Assembly: GCA_040752695.1 (NCBI GenBank)
Contig: JBFMGO010000103.1
Span: 1-21,667 of the forward strand
Direction: 5' to 3'
Length of the DNA: 21,667 nucleotides
From: a bacterium
Lineage (GTDB): Bacteria; SZUA-182; DTGQ01
In this document: in pieces, positions 1 to 7,913 of the stretch
Layout of the letters: each line of letters begins with the position of its first letter
How positions within the stretch are numbered: the first letter of the stretch is position 1
Program-made: the position numbers and the translations under genes
Notes under the pieces: generated by a model
Databases searched by the model: none
Seen by the model: only the letters and a program-made list of their open reading frames with translations
What the model was told of the DNA's origin: nothing

Positions 1-71
1 CTTGTTGCCGGGGCCACCGGCCGTTTAGTTTTTTCCCCGATGCTTTCGCATCGAAGCATTTGACAATATCC

Positions 72-100
72 ATTATACTGCATGCATAAGATATTATCAA
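72..100 (-). promoter_or_regulatory. sigma70-type promoter firing leftward
   Basis: TTGATA (100-95), 17 bp, TATAAT (77-72) on the - strand, followed by a leader resembling the one downstream of the 955-983 promoter. Confidence 0.6.
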
Positions 101-207
101 ATAAAAAATTTTCTTCGCTTCCCCTTGCCATTTTTCTTGTCAATTTGGCTGCCATTCTCGCTAACCTGAGTTAAGGATTAAACATTACCCGCAGACTTAA
201 GCGGGAG

Positions 208-291
208 AGACACTGTCATTCTGAGCTTTCGCTCAGAATGACAGCTAGTTTTCTTCGAGCTTATGCGCTTATAAAAATACTTGCGAGGTAG
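208..291. repeat. MITE/REP-like repeat, copy 1
   Basis: 236-291 is identical to 1090-1145 (56 bp). It contains a perfect 14-bp inverted repeat CTGTCATTCTGAGC-TTTC-GCTCAGAATGACAG at 213-244. Confidence 0.85.
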
Positions 292-730
292 CAGGATTGA
301 GCGGCGTACTCTTCTTTGCACCAGGCATGGTATAACTGCCGGTTTTGCGAAGCGAGGGGAGAACTTCTGATGTGACCCATTTCCGGAAAGGTTTGACCTG
401 CGGTTTGTTCGAACGAAAAATGAGTGTATAGAGGCCGGATTCATTGATGGCTGTCATTTCCTGGGGTCCACCAAGGGTGTCCATCTTTATGGACACCCTT
501 TTATCATCATCTAATTTTTGAATAGCATCCCTATATTTTGAAATTTCCAGAATATCACATACATCCTTTGCCACCCACCAGGGATTTCCCTGCTCATCAA
601 TTGCTGTCCTTACTGCATGCTCTCCATAGTTGAAACATATTAACGAGAAGTTATCATTATTGGTGGATTGCTGTGAAAAAGGGGAGTTAGAATCGTGCCC
701 GTTTCCGGGCAGAGGTGTAGAACTAGACAT
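269..730 (-). CDS. BRO-N domain phage antirepressor-like protein, probably C-terminally truncated
   Basis: Motifs PWWVAKDVCDILEI, INESGLYTLIFRSNKP and FRKWVTSEVLPSLRKTGSY. The start was moved from 781 to ATG 730 because AGGAGG lies at 743-738. The stop codon falls inside repeat 236-291. Confidence 0.9.
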   Translation of the reverse strand: MSSSTPLPGNGHDSNSPFSQQSTNNDNFSLICFNYGEHAVRTAIDEQGNPWWVAKDVCDILEISKYRDAIQKLDDDKRVSIKMDTLGGPQEMTAINESGLYTLIFRSNKPQVKPFRKWVTSEVLPSLRKTGSYTMPGAKKSTPLNPATSQVFL

Positions 731-774
731 GCTACTGCCTCCTAACGTTTGCGAGGGTAGCTGCCAAAAGAAAA

Positions 775-844
775 AGCCCAAGTGCTGCTACGACCACGTT
801 AGGTAGGCCGCCCCGGTCCTCACGGATTCCGAGACACTTGGACT
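775..844 (-). ncRNA. putative C4/CI-like antisense RNA in the antirepressor leader
   Basis: Closing stem AGUCCAAGUGU/GCACUUGGGCU and an internal UCC-GUGA-GGA GNRA hairpin. The segment CCUAACGU is complementary to ACGUUAGG both upstream (913-906) and at the BRO ribosome-binding site (748-741). Confidence 0.6.
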
Positions 845-875
845 TGATTTTTAGACTCGCTAACCTCAATTTAGC

Positions 876-901
876 AAAAAAAATGGCCAAAGCCGAGGCC
901 A
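876..901 (-). terminator. possible intrinsic terminator/attenuator in the leader
   Basis: TGGCC-TCGGCTTT-GGCCA followed by T8 on the - strand. Confidence 0.45.
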
Positions 902-954
902 CCGGCCTAACGTTTTTATCCGGTGTTTTCACACCGGAGGTTTCAGCACTTATT

Positions 955-983
955 ATTCTATAGCAATCGCTACTAATTGTCAA
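955..983 (-). promoter_or_regulatory. sigma70-type promoter for the leader/BRO unit
   Basis: TTGACA (983-978), 17 bp, TAGAAT (960-955). Confidence 0.75.
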
Positions 984-1035
984 AAATATTCGTGCTGAAG
1001 AAACGTTCTTCGGCCATTCTTTTGCCATTTGACAG

Positions 1036-1145
1036 CTACCTTCGCAATATGGTTAATGTTTAAAAGACACTGGATTCCCGCTTTCGCGGGAATGACAGCT
1101 AGTTTTCTTCGAGCTTATGCGCTTATAAAAATACTTGCGAGGTAG
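1036..1145. repeat. MITE/REP-like repeat, copy 2 (about 110 bp, imperfect terminal IRs)
   Basis: Ends are CTACCTTCGCAA (1036-1047) and TTGCGAGGTAG (1135-1145). Internal ATTCCCGC-TTTC-GCGGGAAT hairpin. 56 bp identical to 236-291. Confidence 0.8.
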
Positions 1146-1164
1146 ACTGCCTTACTGGTATAAT
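1135..1164 (+). promoter_or_regulatory. putative hybrid promoter (-35 supplied by the repeat end)
   Basis: TTGCGA (1135-1140), 18 bp, TATAAT (1159-1164), with an extended -10 TG at 1156-1157. Confidence 0.5.
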
Positions 1165-1272
1165 GCTTCCCTAACTAGACAAGTATTACCTCTTGGGGCA
1201 TACGATTTGCGCAGGTCGTATGCTCTCTGCCTTCTTTCACCTATAATTCAACCGAATCAGAGGATATTGGAG

Positions 1273-1698
1273 ATGAGCCTTTCTTCTTACGTCGAAGCAT
1301 GTAAGCAATTCGAGTGGGAATTAAAAGGAAGTTTAACCACAGAAGAGATAAACGAATTGAGAAAAGACTGTGCCGCTCTTGGTCACGATGGCTGGGAGGC
1401 GTGGGAGGCAGCAAACTACCATATAATCGTTGAATTCGTCGCTGCCGCGCCTTCATCTCGGACAAAGAAAAAGTCCTGGAAGGACCCTGTCTTAAAGCGC
1501 CGTCTTGTATTAGGCGCGATTTACCATGTACAGCGCGCCTGTCATCTTCTGACCGGAATCCATGAAAACTTCCTTGAACCTGGTCCGTCCTATCGTGATA
1601 TGGCTGCAAAGGCTGGTCGTGTGTATCTGGAAATATTTGGTGCAATAATTCCCGACTGGCCGTTCGATGAGCCGAATCCTTTTGAGACTGATTATTGA
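1273..1698 (+). CDS. hypothetical protein (141 aa)
   Basis: ORF 1135..1698. The likelier start is ATG 1273 after AGGA...GGAG. It is convergent with the deacetylase gene, and no family was recognised. Confidence 0.6.
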   Translation: MSLSSYVEACKQFEWELKGSLTTEEINELRKDCAALGHDGWEAWEAANYHIIVEFVAAAPSSRTKKKSWKDPVLKRRLVLGAIYHVQRACHLLTGIHENFLEPGPSYRDMAAKAGRVYLEIFGAIIPDWPFDEPNPFETDY

Positions 1699-1716
1699 AC
1701 TTCATGTCGTTAAGCT

Positions 1717-2928
1717 TCATGCTGCCGCCCTCGATATAGGTATTGCCCTGTACTTTGGATTGGTCAGACCGTTGTACCACTCGTCGATGGTCACACATTT
1801 AATACCGCGGGCTGTAATATAATCGATCAAAGCCCTGAAATCGGCAATGGCCCAGGTATTCGGTCCAGCAACAGCATCGAGGATGTGGCCGTGCAAAAAT
1901 ACGGTGCTTTGGCGACTAATCGCCCGGTCGATCCATGATGATCGTGCTACAGCTAAAGATAAATTACTGTCCAAAGCCTTGCTTTTTAATATCTTGTAGT
2001 TGTCAACAGGTACGGTCTGGAGAAAACTTAAGGTTGACCGTCCCGTATACATGCCGGTAGAATCAAGAGCAGCAAAAACATCATCATTAAAATACCCGCC
2101 AGGATAGGCCAGGTGGTGCGCAGCCCGGGTAAATCCATGATCAATAAGCCACTGGGAACACCGGCTGAGCTCACTTTCAATTTGACTCCGAGTCAAGCCG
2201 GTCAGATAATCTGGAGACCCTGGATGAGTATACGAATGATTGGCAAGAGCCCATCCCGCATCATACATTTCCTCCAATTGGGCTAAAGTGCAGTACCCTG
2301 CCGTACCAATTAAAGTAGGAACAACGTATATGGTGCCTCGCACCCCCCTTGGATGCATGTAAGCATATCCTTCAGTGTAGGCTGATTCGCAGGCGTCATC
2401 AAAGGCGATAACACAGCGGGGAATTCCCTCGACTGAACTATAAATAGAGTCCCAAGAAGCAACTGCTATTTCACTAACTATTGGATTGACCTGAATCTGA
2501 ATAGCAGATATACTTCCCCAGTCGGCCGCTCCGGTAACAGCCCAATCGAGCCGATTGAGAATCATATGATTCCAGCCATTTCGAAAATCTACTCCTGACC
2601 AGGCATACCGATAGTATGCGGTAGCGACGGTCGTAAATAAAACAATCACGATTGTATTTACCTTTGTTGTATCCTCGACATAAATCCAAAAATGCAGATT
2701 TTTGGCACCATCCATTATATCTTCAGCAGCCCCCAGCGTTCGCCTGGCTGTTACACCGGACCCGGATGCACTTGTCAATTTCACTGACTGAGATCCAGTA
2801 TGATACTGCGACGTGTTGGCTGCTACTGTGCCGTTTTCTCCTTGCTTAACCCAATCTCCCAGGATTTCAAAATCCTGCCAAAGGGTTAAAGATTTCACAT
2901 AATCTTGCGGAAGTGCTAATCTTGGCAT
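1717..2928 (-). CDS. polysaccharide deacetylase family (CE4/NodB-like) protein with a beta-rich N-terminal domain
   Basis: CE4 motifs IAFDDA, LANHSYTHP, HLAYPGG and VFLHGH. No signal peptide seen. Confidence 0.85.
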   Translation of the reverse strand: MPRLALPQDYVKSLTLWQDFEILGDWVKQGENGTVAANTSQYHTGSQSVKLTSASGSGVTARRTLGAAEDIMDGAKNLHFWIYVEDTTKVNTIVIVLFTTVATAYYRYAWSGVDFRNGWNHMILNRLDWAVTGAADWGSISAIQIQVNPIVSEIAVASWDSIYSSVEGIPRCVIAFDDACESAYTEGYAYMHPRGVRGTIYVVPTLIGTAGYCTLAQLEEMYDAGWALANHSYTHPGSPDYLTGLTRSQIESELSRCSQWLIDHGFTRAAHHLAYPGGYFNDDVFAALDSTGMYTGRSTLSFLQTVPVDNYKILKSKALDSNLSLAVARSSWIDRAISRQSTVFLHGHILDAVAGPNTWAIADFRALIDYITARGIKCVTIDEWYNGLTNPKYRAIPISRAAA

Positions 2929-2940
2929 ACTTCTAGCCTC

Positions 2941-3759
2941 CTATGCTGGGCTGAATACAATTCTGGCTATGCTATTGGGGTTAAATCCAGTCTCAACGCT
3001 AGCAAAATTTTGCGTGGTACGCTCAATGTTAGAATAAACAAGGCAACCCTCAGTTGCAGATGGAGAGATAATCTGTCTAACAGTAACATTATCGATTTCG
3101 ATATAATCGGAGACGCTCGAATTAGATGGATGACGTAAATAAAACCCTGTCCCTGTTGCAGTTCTAAATAAAAATCCTGTACTTATAGCATCTCCTGTAT
3201 TTAAAGGTATATCTGGTCCTTGGGTTCCAAGCCGAATAGCTAAGGATTTATTACTGCGATATGAAAACGAATATTTATATAATTTATCAGATGTAAGAGG
3301 GTAAATAACAAGTCCTACAATACCTGTACCTATGCTGTATTCTGCCCGTTGTGCATTACCTGAGAATCCATTCCCCGTAACAATGATGCAAGTCGCCACG
3401 GACGAAAATTTATTCCAACCATCAGCCAGGCCGTCAATGTTTGTATCAGGCCAATCTACCCCGTCGGCTGCCAACTCTGCACTTATGCTTTCTCCGCTAC
3501 TACACCCTGGGTACCCGGTAGCGATTTTGCCTGCGGAATCGTATACTGTCACCGTACCACCCAGATAATCACCAACATTCTGCCCTGGCGTATAAATCAG
3601 AGCACCTCCGTTGATAGTGGCCACGTGAATTGTCCCGGTGATTTCCATCTCTTCGAACCCAGACGCAAATGACGGAAATTCCAACCCAAACCCGGGATTG
3701 AGTGGAGACCGAAAAGCAGGAGCGCTGCCAAATCCAGGGGCGCTGCCCAAAATAGGCAT
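2941..3759 (-). CDS. hypothetical beta-rich protein, possibly carbohydrate-binding or virion-associated
   Basis: 272-aa G/S/T-rich ORF with GGAGG upstream. The YIEIDNVTVRQI segment resembles CBM-like sandwich ends. Tightly spaced with its neighbours. Confidence 0.6.
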   Translation of the reverse strand: MPILGSAPGFGSAPAFRSPLNPGFGLEFPSFASGFEEMEITGTIHVATINGGALIYTPGQNVGDYLGGTVTVYDSAGKIATGYPGCSSGESISAELAADGVDWPDTNIDGLADGWNKFSSVATCIIVTGNGFSGNAQRAEYSIGTGIVGLVIYPLTSDKLYKYSFSYRSNKSLAIRLGTQGPDIPLNTGDAISTGFLFRTATGTGFYLRHPSNSSVSDYIEIDNVTVRQIISPSATEGCLVYSNIERTTQNFASVETGFNPNSIARIVFSPA

Positions 3760-3771
3760 GATCCTATCCTC

Positions 3772-4266
3772 CTATACGTTCATGGGCGTGGCCGTGCAGG
3801 TCAGCGTGCCATCGGTAGTACGAGTAGCCCGAATCTTTATGTAATTGGGTATGCCGCGAACTAAAAATGTGTAATTCCCGTCGGCATCCAGGGTCGGAGT
3901 CTGCATTATCTCCCATGTTCCGGCCTGCAACTCATAGCAATTGCCAAATGCCCCGCCAGATATCGCACACCCTAAAATTTCGACCAACCAATTACCAGAG
4001 GAGATAGCAGACACTGCACACTCGATCGAAACGGCATTAAATCCCCGGCAGTCGATCTCTGCGCTGGTGGCCGTAGCGGTAATAGCGTTGTGGGCAATCA
4101 CTACCTCGCCTTTGGATTGTCTGGCTACATCTACGCTGTCCCCCAGTTCGGCTGACAGTAACGTAACCAAATTGCACGGTTGGGGGTTACTGTCTGATAT
4201 CTCGTCATCCCCTATTTTGGGGAGGACGGCTAAAGGCAGTTTATTCTGAGTACTCGTACTCATCAC
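3772..4266 (-). CDS. hypothetical protein
   Basis: 164-aa ORF with AAGGAGG upstream. Its start overlaps the stop of the upstream HTH gene. Confidence 0.7.
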   Translation of the reverse strand: MMSTSTQNKLPLAVLPKIGDDEISDSNPQPCNLVTLLSAELGDSVDVARQSKGEVVIAHNAITATATSAEIDCRGFNAVSIECAVSAISSGNWLVEILGCAISGGAFGNCYELQAGTWEIMQTPTLDADGNYTFLVRGIPNYIKIRATRTTDGTLTCTATPMNV

Positions 4267-4490
4267 TCATGTTCCTCCTTGTCTTCACCATCATTTGAAC
4301 TATGACATGGGTTCTTCACCATGTCTTGATCGATAATGATTCTGTTCTCGATTTCACTTCGCGGTATCCGCAGAGTCTGCGAGATCTTCAAAACCCTGAT
4401 CCTGCCCTCTCGTTTCCACCGATAGATTGTCCGGCAAGAGACTTTCAGCAGATCGGCAGCCTCCTGCATGGTCAAAAGTTTTTCACCCAT
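4263..4490 (-). CDS. excisionase-family (HTH_17/MerR-like) DNA-binding protein
   Basis: LLTMQEAADLLKVSCRTIYRWKREGRI...LRIP. Confidence 0.85.
   Translation of the reverse strand: MGEKLLTMQEAADLLKVSCRTIYRWKREGRIRVLKISQTLRIPRSEIENRIIIDQDMVKNPCHSSNDGEDKEEHE
4297..4328 (-). repeat. 32-bp dispersed in-frame repeat, copy 1 of 7
   Basis: + strand GAACTATGACATGGGTTCTTCACCATGTCTTG; encodes QDMVKNPCHSS. Confidence 0.95.
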
Positions 4491-5508
4491 CTCTTCCCCT
4501 TAGCGAATGCCCCGTCACCTGCCAGGCTGTACACATTTCATAGAGCCGGTCAACGGTATCGCGGCTGATCGTGGATCTGAGTTCCTCCACTGATTTCGAT
4601 GTTGTATATAACGTGGCCAATTCATGGTTGTATCGGTAATTGATAATGCCATAGAGTTCCTCGCTGGCCCAGGGGGAGAGCTTGCGCTGTCCGACCTCGT
4701 CCAGTCCGAGTACCTCGATCTCTTTGGTTTCCTCGATCAACCTGCTGTACTCCGGAGTTCCATCGTCTCCGAAATTGCTTTTCAACCTGGTATAGAACTC
4801 CGGCAGGTTGATAAACAGGCATTTATGATTGGAGCGCATGAGCTCCAGCAATACTGCGCACATGTAGTAAGTTTTACCGGTACCGATACTGCCCATGAAC
4901 CCGATACCTGTTTTACCCGCAGTCTCACGATTTTTACCCGCAGTCTCACGATTGGCTTGTTTCATCTGCCAGCGGGGCTCCCGTCTGTCCAGATATTCCT
5001 GACAAATTGGAATGAACTGATTCTCGTACGGAGACCGTCCCGTGGGCTGGAGCGTGGCTGACCAGTATCGTGGAGGGATCTGTGCCTGTTTGATCCGTCT
5101 GGTCCAGATTTCCTGTTCATGCTGCTCTCTATTATGCGATTCTATACATCCGCATGGGTATAACTTGACCGTCAGACTGGCCCTGATCAGAATCTCCTTG
5201 AAGTGAGAATCTTTGATCGCTGCCCAATCGACACTCGGATTGCGAGGCAAGGCCCCGCAATAGGGGCAGGGCATATCAGCACCTGCTGCCAGCGTGGCTC
5301 CCGTCTCCAATATCAGGGGAGATCTGGGGTCTGGCAATTGTTCTCTGCCAGCGTGGCTCCCGTCGTCATTTGAACTATGACATGGGTTCTTTCCCCTGTT
5401 TTGCTCAAAATACCCGCCTGATGTTTGGCCCTGCTGTCGTCCTGTCAGATTGGTTCTGCTTTTCTTTTTCGCTGCCATTTTCCACCCTGCCAGCGTGGCT
5501 CCTGCCAC
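4483..5508 (-). CDS. DnaC/IstB-like ATP-binding protein (start uncertain)
   Basis: CPYC...CGC, IPPRY, Walker A GSIGTGKT, Walker B LGLDEVG, IINYRYN, DRLYEM, GHSLR. Confidence 0.85.
   Translation of the reverse strand: MAGATLAGWKMAAKKKSRTNLTGRQQGQTSGGYFEQNRGKNPCHSSNDDGSHAGREQLPDPRSPLILETGATLAAGADMPCPYCGALPRNPSVDWAAIKDSHFKEILIRASLTVKLYPCGCIESHNREQHEQEIWTRRIKQAQIPPRYWSATLQPTGRSPYENQFIPICQEYLDRREPRWQMKQANRETAGKNRETAGKTGIGFMGSIGTGKTYYMCAVLLELMRSNHKCLFINLPEFYTRLKSNFGDDGTPEYSRLIEETKEIEVLGLDEVGQRKLSPWASEELYGIINYRYNHELATLYTTSKSVEELRSTISRDTVDRLYEMCTAWQVTGHSLRGRDG
4911..4952. repeat. 21-bp in-frame tandem duplication
   Basis: TTTTACCCGCAGTCTCACGAT x2, encoding NRETAGK x2. Confidence 0.9.
5372..5403 (-). 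repeat. 32-bp dispersed repeat, copy 2
   Basis: GAACTATGACATGGGTTCTTTCCCCTGTTTTG; QNRGKNPCHSS; lies just past the gemA stop. Confidence 0.95.
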
Positions 5509-6145
5509 AGAGGCTCTCCGTGTCTGCCGGTGCAGGCTCTACGGTTCCCGCTGCTGACAGCGGGGCTCCCGCCATTGCCAGCGTGGCCCCATACGTGACT
5601 TCCTGCCGTGCCTGTTTATCACGCTCATGGATCAGAGCGTTTTTCAACCCCTCGATGGCGGATGACGCTGCCGTTTTCGTTAAAAATCTAAAGTCTTCCG
5701 CCTTGAAATATTTCTTCAGGTAATGCCGCAAACCAAAATCCACGGTTTTGCGGTCGTCTGCCGACAGAGGACCATCATCATGCAATTGGCCCTTGAGCTG
5801 AAGATATTGCACGAACTGCAATTCGATATAGCGCAACTGAGCAGGAGTGGCCATACCTGCACGGCCCGCCAGTTCGTCATATTTCTTTCTGGCAGCAGTG
5901 CCGGGCTTTTTCCTCATTTCGAACCCATAAGCTTTGAGGTGACTGAGCATTGCGTTAAACTTATCGCGCGGCATATCGGCAGCCGACGATACTCCTGCAA
6001 CGTTCTTCAGCATATCGCGGTAGATGTCGTCGTCGAGTCTGAGCTCGTTTTTGGCTACGTGCAAGAGAGCTATCTGCGCTTTACTGATAAAGGTTTTGTC
6101 TTCTTTTTTATTTGCCCTGGCGGGACGGTTGGTTCTTTTTTTCAT
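5405..6145 (-). CDS. gemA: GemA/DUF1018 family Mu-like phage regulatory protein
   Basis: QIALLHVAKNELRLDDDIYRDML...GVSSAAD, ATPAQLRYIE, ASSAIEGLK; position next to gam. Confidence 0.8.
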   Translation of the reverse strand: MKKRTNRPARANKKEDKTFISKAQIALLHVAKNELRLDDDIYRDMLKNVAGVSSAADMPRDKFNAMLSHLKAYGFEMRKKPGTAARKKYDELAGRAGMATPAQLRYIELQFVQYLQLKGQLHDDGPLSADDRKTVDFGLRHYLKKYFKAEDFRFLTKTAASSAIEGLKNALIHERDKQARQEVTYGATLAMAGAPLSAAGTVEPAPADTESLCGRSHAGRVENGSEKEKQNQSDRTTAGPNIRRVF

Positions 6146-6211
6146 TTTTTTTATTCCATGTGAAGCAGCGGCAGCCGGTCAGACTGCCGCCTCGATACAC
6201 TATATTCTTGA

Positions 6212-6799
6212 TTATACATCCTTGATCTGAAACTCTTTGGTTTCATAAAAGGGGATGTCCTTGATTTCCTTCTTGGCATTTACCTGATTAAGGCGTTCTA
6301 CAGGCCATGATTTCATAGCCTCTTTATTCAGCTTTTCCTCAATCTTGATTGCCAGCCTGAATTCAGGGTTATCCTTCGCGAAACCTTTGATTAATTCCAG
6401 CGTGTCCTTTTTGGTTTTTACTTTTGTTGACTGCCGGAATCCTATGGTGCCGAAGTTTAACTCGCGGCTTTTGCTTTCAGAGAAGAGAGCATCTTTATTC
6501 TCCTCGATGAAGAGGGTCAAGGCGTCCTCCAGATTCTTGATGTCAAGATGAATCGGCCTGGCCTGGGCCACCTTGTCAGCGGTTATCTTATCGATCTCCT
6601 TCTCGGCCTGGGCCTCGATCTCCTGGATCTGCCGCATCCGGTCGGCCAGTACCCGGAGGACGCTGTCAACCGATTCCAGTGAATTGATCAGCATACTCCC
6701 CTCGTTCCATGCCATGCGAACCGGTGTCAGCTCCGCCAGTTGGACGGGTGCCTCAGTGCTTCCTGATATAACTACCGGTGATTTTGCTTCCTGGCTCAT
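6212..6799 (-). CDS. gam: host-nuclease inhibitor Gam (Mu Gam-like)
   Basis: Coiled coil followed by SKSRELNFGTIGFRQSTKV and EEKLNKEAM; Mu early-operon context. Confidence 0.9.
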   Translation of the reverse strand: MSQEAKSPVVISGSTEAPVQLAELTPVRMAWNEGSMLINSLESVDSVLRVLADRMRQIQEIEAQAEKEIDKITADKVAQARPIHLDIKNLEDALTLFIEENKDALFSESKSRELNFGTIGFRQSTKVKTKKDTLELIKGFAKDNPEFRLAIKIEEKLNKEAMKSWPVERLNQVNAKKEIKDIPFYETKEFQIKDV

Positions 6800-7860
6800 T
6801 CTTTATTATCCTCCTGTCCTTCGTTTTCCTGTGCCTCATCAGTGCTGTTATCTTCAGCGAAAACAGCCGATAAATCCACAAGCTCTCTTGCCTGAGCCAT
6901 CTTGAGGTAGTATAATTTCATAGCGATCCTGATAGCATCAAGTTCCAGATAGGTCTCCTGCAGGTGGATGAATTTCGTGTCGGTTCGTATCTTATGGACA
7001 AGGCAGTTGAGATACTGTACTTTGTTGATGAGATCGTCGTAGTAGCCCTCCAGGATGATCCTGGATACCTTTGAACTATGACATGGGTTCTTTACCCTGT
7101 CTTGGTCTTGCTGCTCTGCACGCGCGGCTGATTCCGTGTTTTTCCCCGTGCCAGCGGGGCTCCCGCAGCTCTTTGCCTGCTCTTCGCTCTCTTTACATGG
7201 AGGAGTGGCAGGCTCAGGTGCAGATTGAGGCTGGAGTGGCGATGTTTCTGCTGCCAGTGGGGCTACCGTCTGGACAGCGTTGGCATCGCCACTTCCGGCA
7301 CTCATGTCGGCACTTTCAGTTGCCAGTGATATTCCCGTCGATTTATCTACAACATAAGGGTCACGGTAAAGAGGATCTGGTTTTTCTGCGCCGCTAACCA
7401 ACGCATATACGACACCTTTCCAACTGGTACTGCTGGCACTATGCCGACCGGAAACAACCTTTTTCAATAATAAATAGCGCAGGAACTTACGCGCATAGGT
7501 ATAGCTGACCCCGCATACCTGGACCAGATCCGAAATAGTGAATTCCCCTTGCTGAGATAGAACCCTGACCCCATGCCACATTTTTTCAGCCGGCGGCTGC
7601 GACCTCTTTTTAATGCCGACGGGAGCCCCGCTGGCAGTTGTATTGACCTGGTCCTGTGCCTGGTCAGGCTGGTTCTGTGCCTGTGCCAGAGGGATGCTCT
7701 CAGCTTCCTCCTCTTGTGCCATATTCTCCTGGTTGTCTGATACTGGTGCCACAGTGGCTCTCTGGCACTCGGTGTCGTCACTTGAACTATGACATGGGTT
7801 CTTTCCCCTGTCTTGGACAACATCATTACCCGTTTTAACCGATCTGAGGTTTCTCCTCAT
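6796..7860 (-). CDS. Mu-like early protein with a probable winged-helix core and low-complexity expansions
   Basis: KMWHGVRVL...FTISDLVQVCGVSYTYARKFLRYL; directly downstream of the MuB-like gene; GGGAGG RBS. Confidence 0.65.
   Translation of the reverse strand: MRRNLRSVKTGNDVVQDRGKNPCHSSSDDTECQRATVAPVSDNQENMAQEEEAESIPLAQAQNQPDQAQDQVNTTASGAPVGIKKRSQPPAEKMWHGVRVLSQQGEFTISDLVQVCGVSYTYARKFLRYLLLKKVVSGRHSASSTSWKGVVYALVSGAEKPDPLYRDPYVVDKSTGISLATESADMSAGSGDANAVQTVAPLAAETSPLQPQSAPEPATPPCKESEEQAKSCGSPAGTGKNTESAARAEQQDQDRVKNPCHSSKVSRIILEGYYDDLINKVQYLNCLVHKIRTDTKFIHLQETYLELDAIRIAMKLYYLKMAQARELVDLSAVFAEDNSTDEAQENEGQEDNKE
7073..7104 (-). repeat. 32-bp dispersed repeat, copy 3
   Basis: GAACTATGACATGGGTTCTTTACCCTGTCTTG; QDRVKNPCHSS. 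Confidence 0.95.
7784..7815 (-). repeat. 32-bp dispersed repeat, copy 4
   Basis: GAACTATGACATGGGTTCTTTCCCCTGTCTTG; QDRGKNPCHSS. Confidence 0.95.
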
Positions 7861-7877
7861 GTTTATCCTCCCTAAAA

Positions 7878-7905
7878 TGTCATTCCCCGCGGAAGCGGGA
7901 ATCCA
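7878..7905. repeat. intergenic REP-like palindrome (GTCATTCCC...GGGAATCCA type)
   Basis: TGTCATTCCCCGCGGAAGCGGGAATCCA is an inverted near-copy of 1071-1097. Confidence 0.8.
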
Positions 7906-7913
7906 CTTTTTCC

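Noticed and set aside
732..1028. 98-aa ORF upstream of BRO
   Set aside because: It starts upstream of the promoter and spans the structured leader; a short Icd/Ash-like peptide cannot be excluded but is unsupported.
208..1145. 56-bp direct repeat as attL/attR or as a DGR template/variable pair
   Set aside because: No integrase, tRNA or reverse transcriptase here, and the copies are identical with no adenine-specific differences.
4483..5508. IS21 element (istB)
   Set aside because: No adjacent istA and no terminal IRs; the N-terminal cysteines and IPPRY motif fit phage DnaC-like loaders better.
6168..6190. GCGGCAG/CTGCCGC hairpin between gam and gemA as a terminator
   Set aside because: No U-tract follows on the coding strand.
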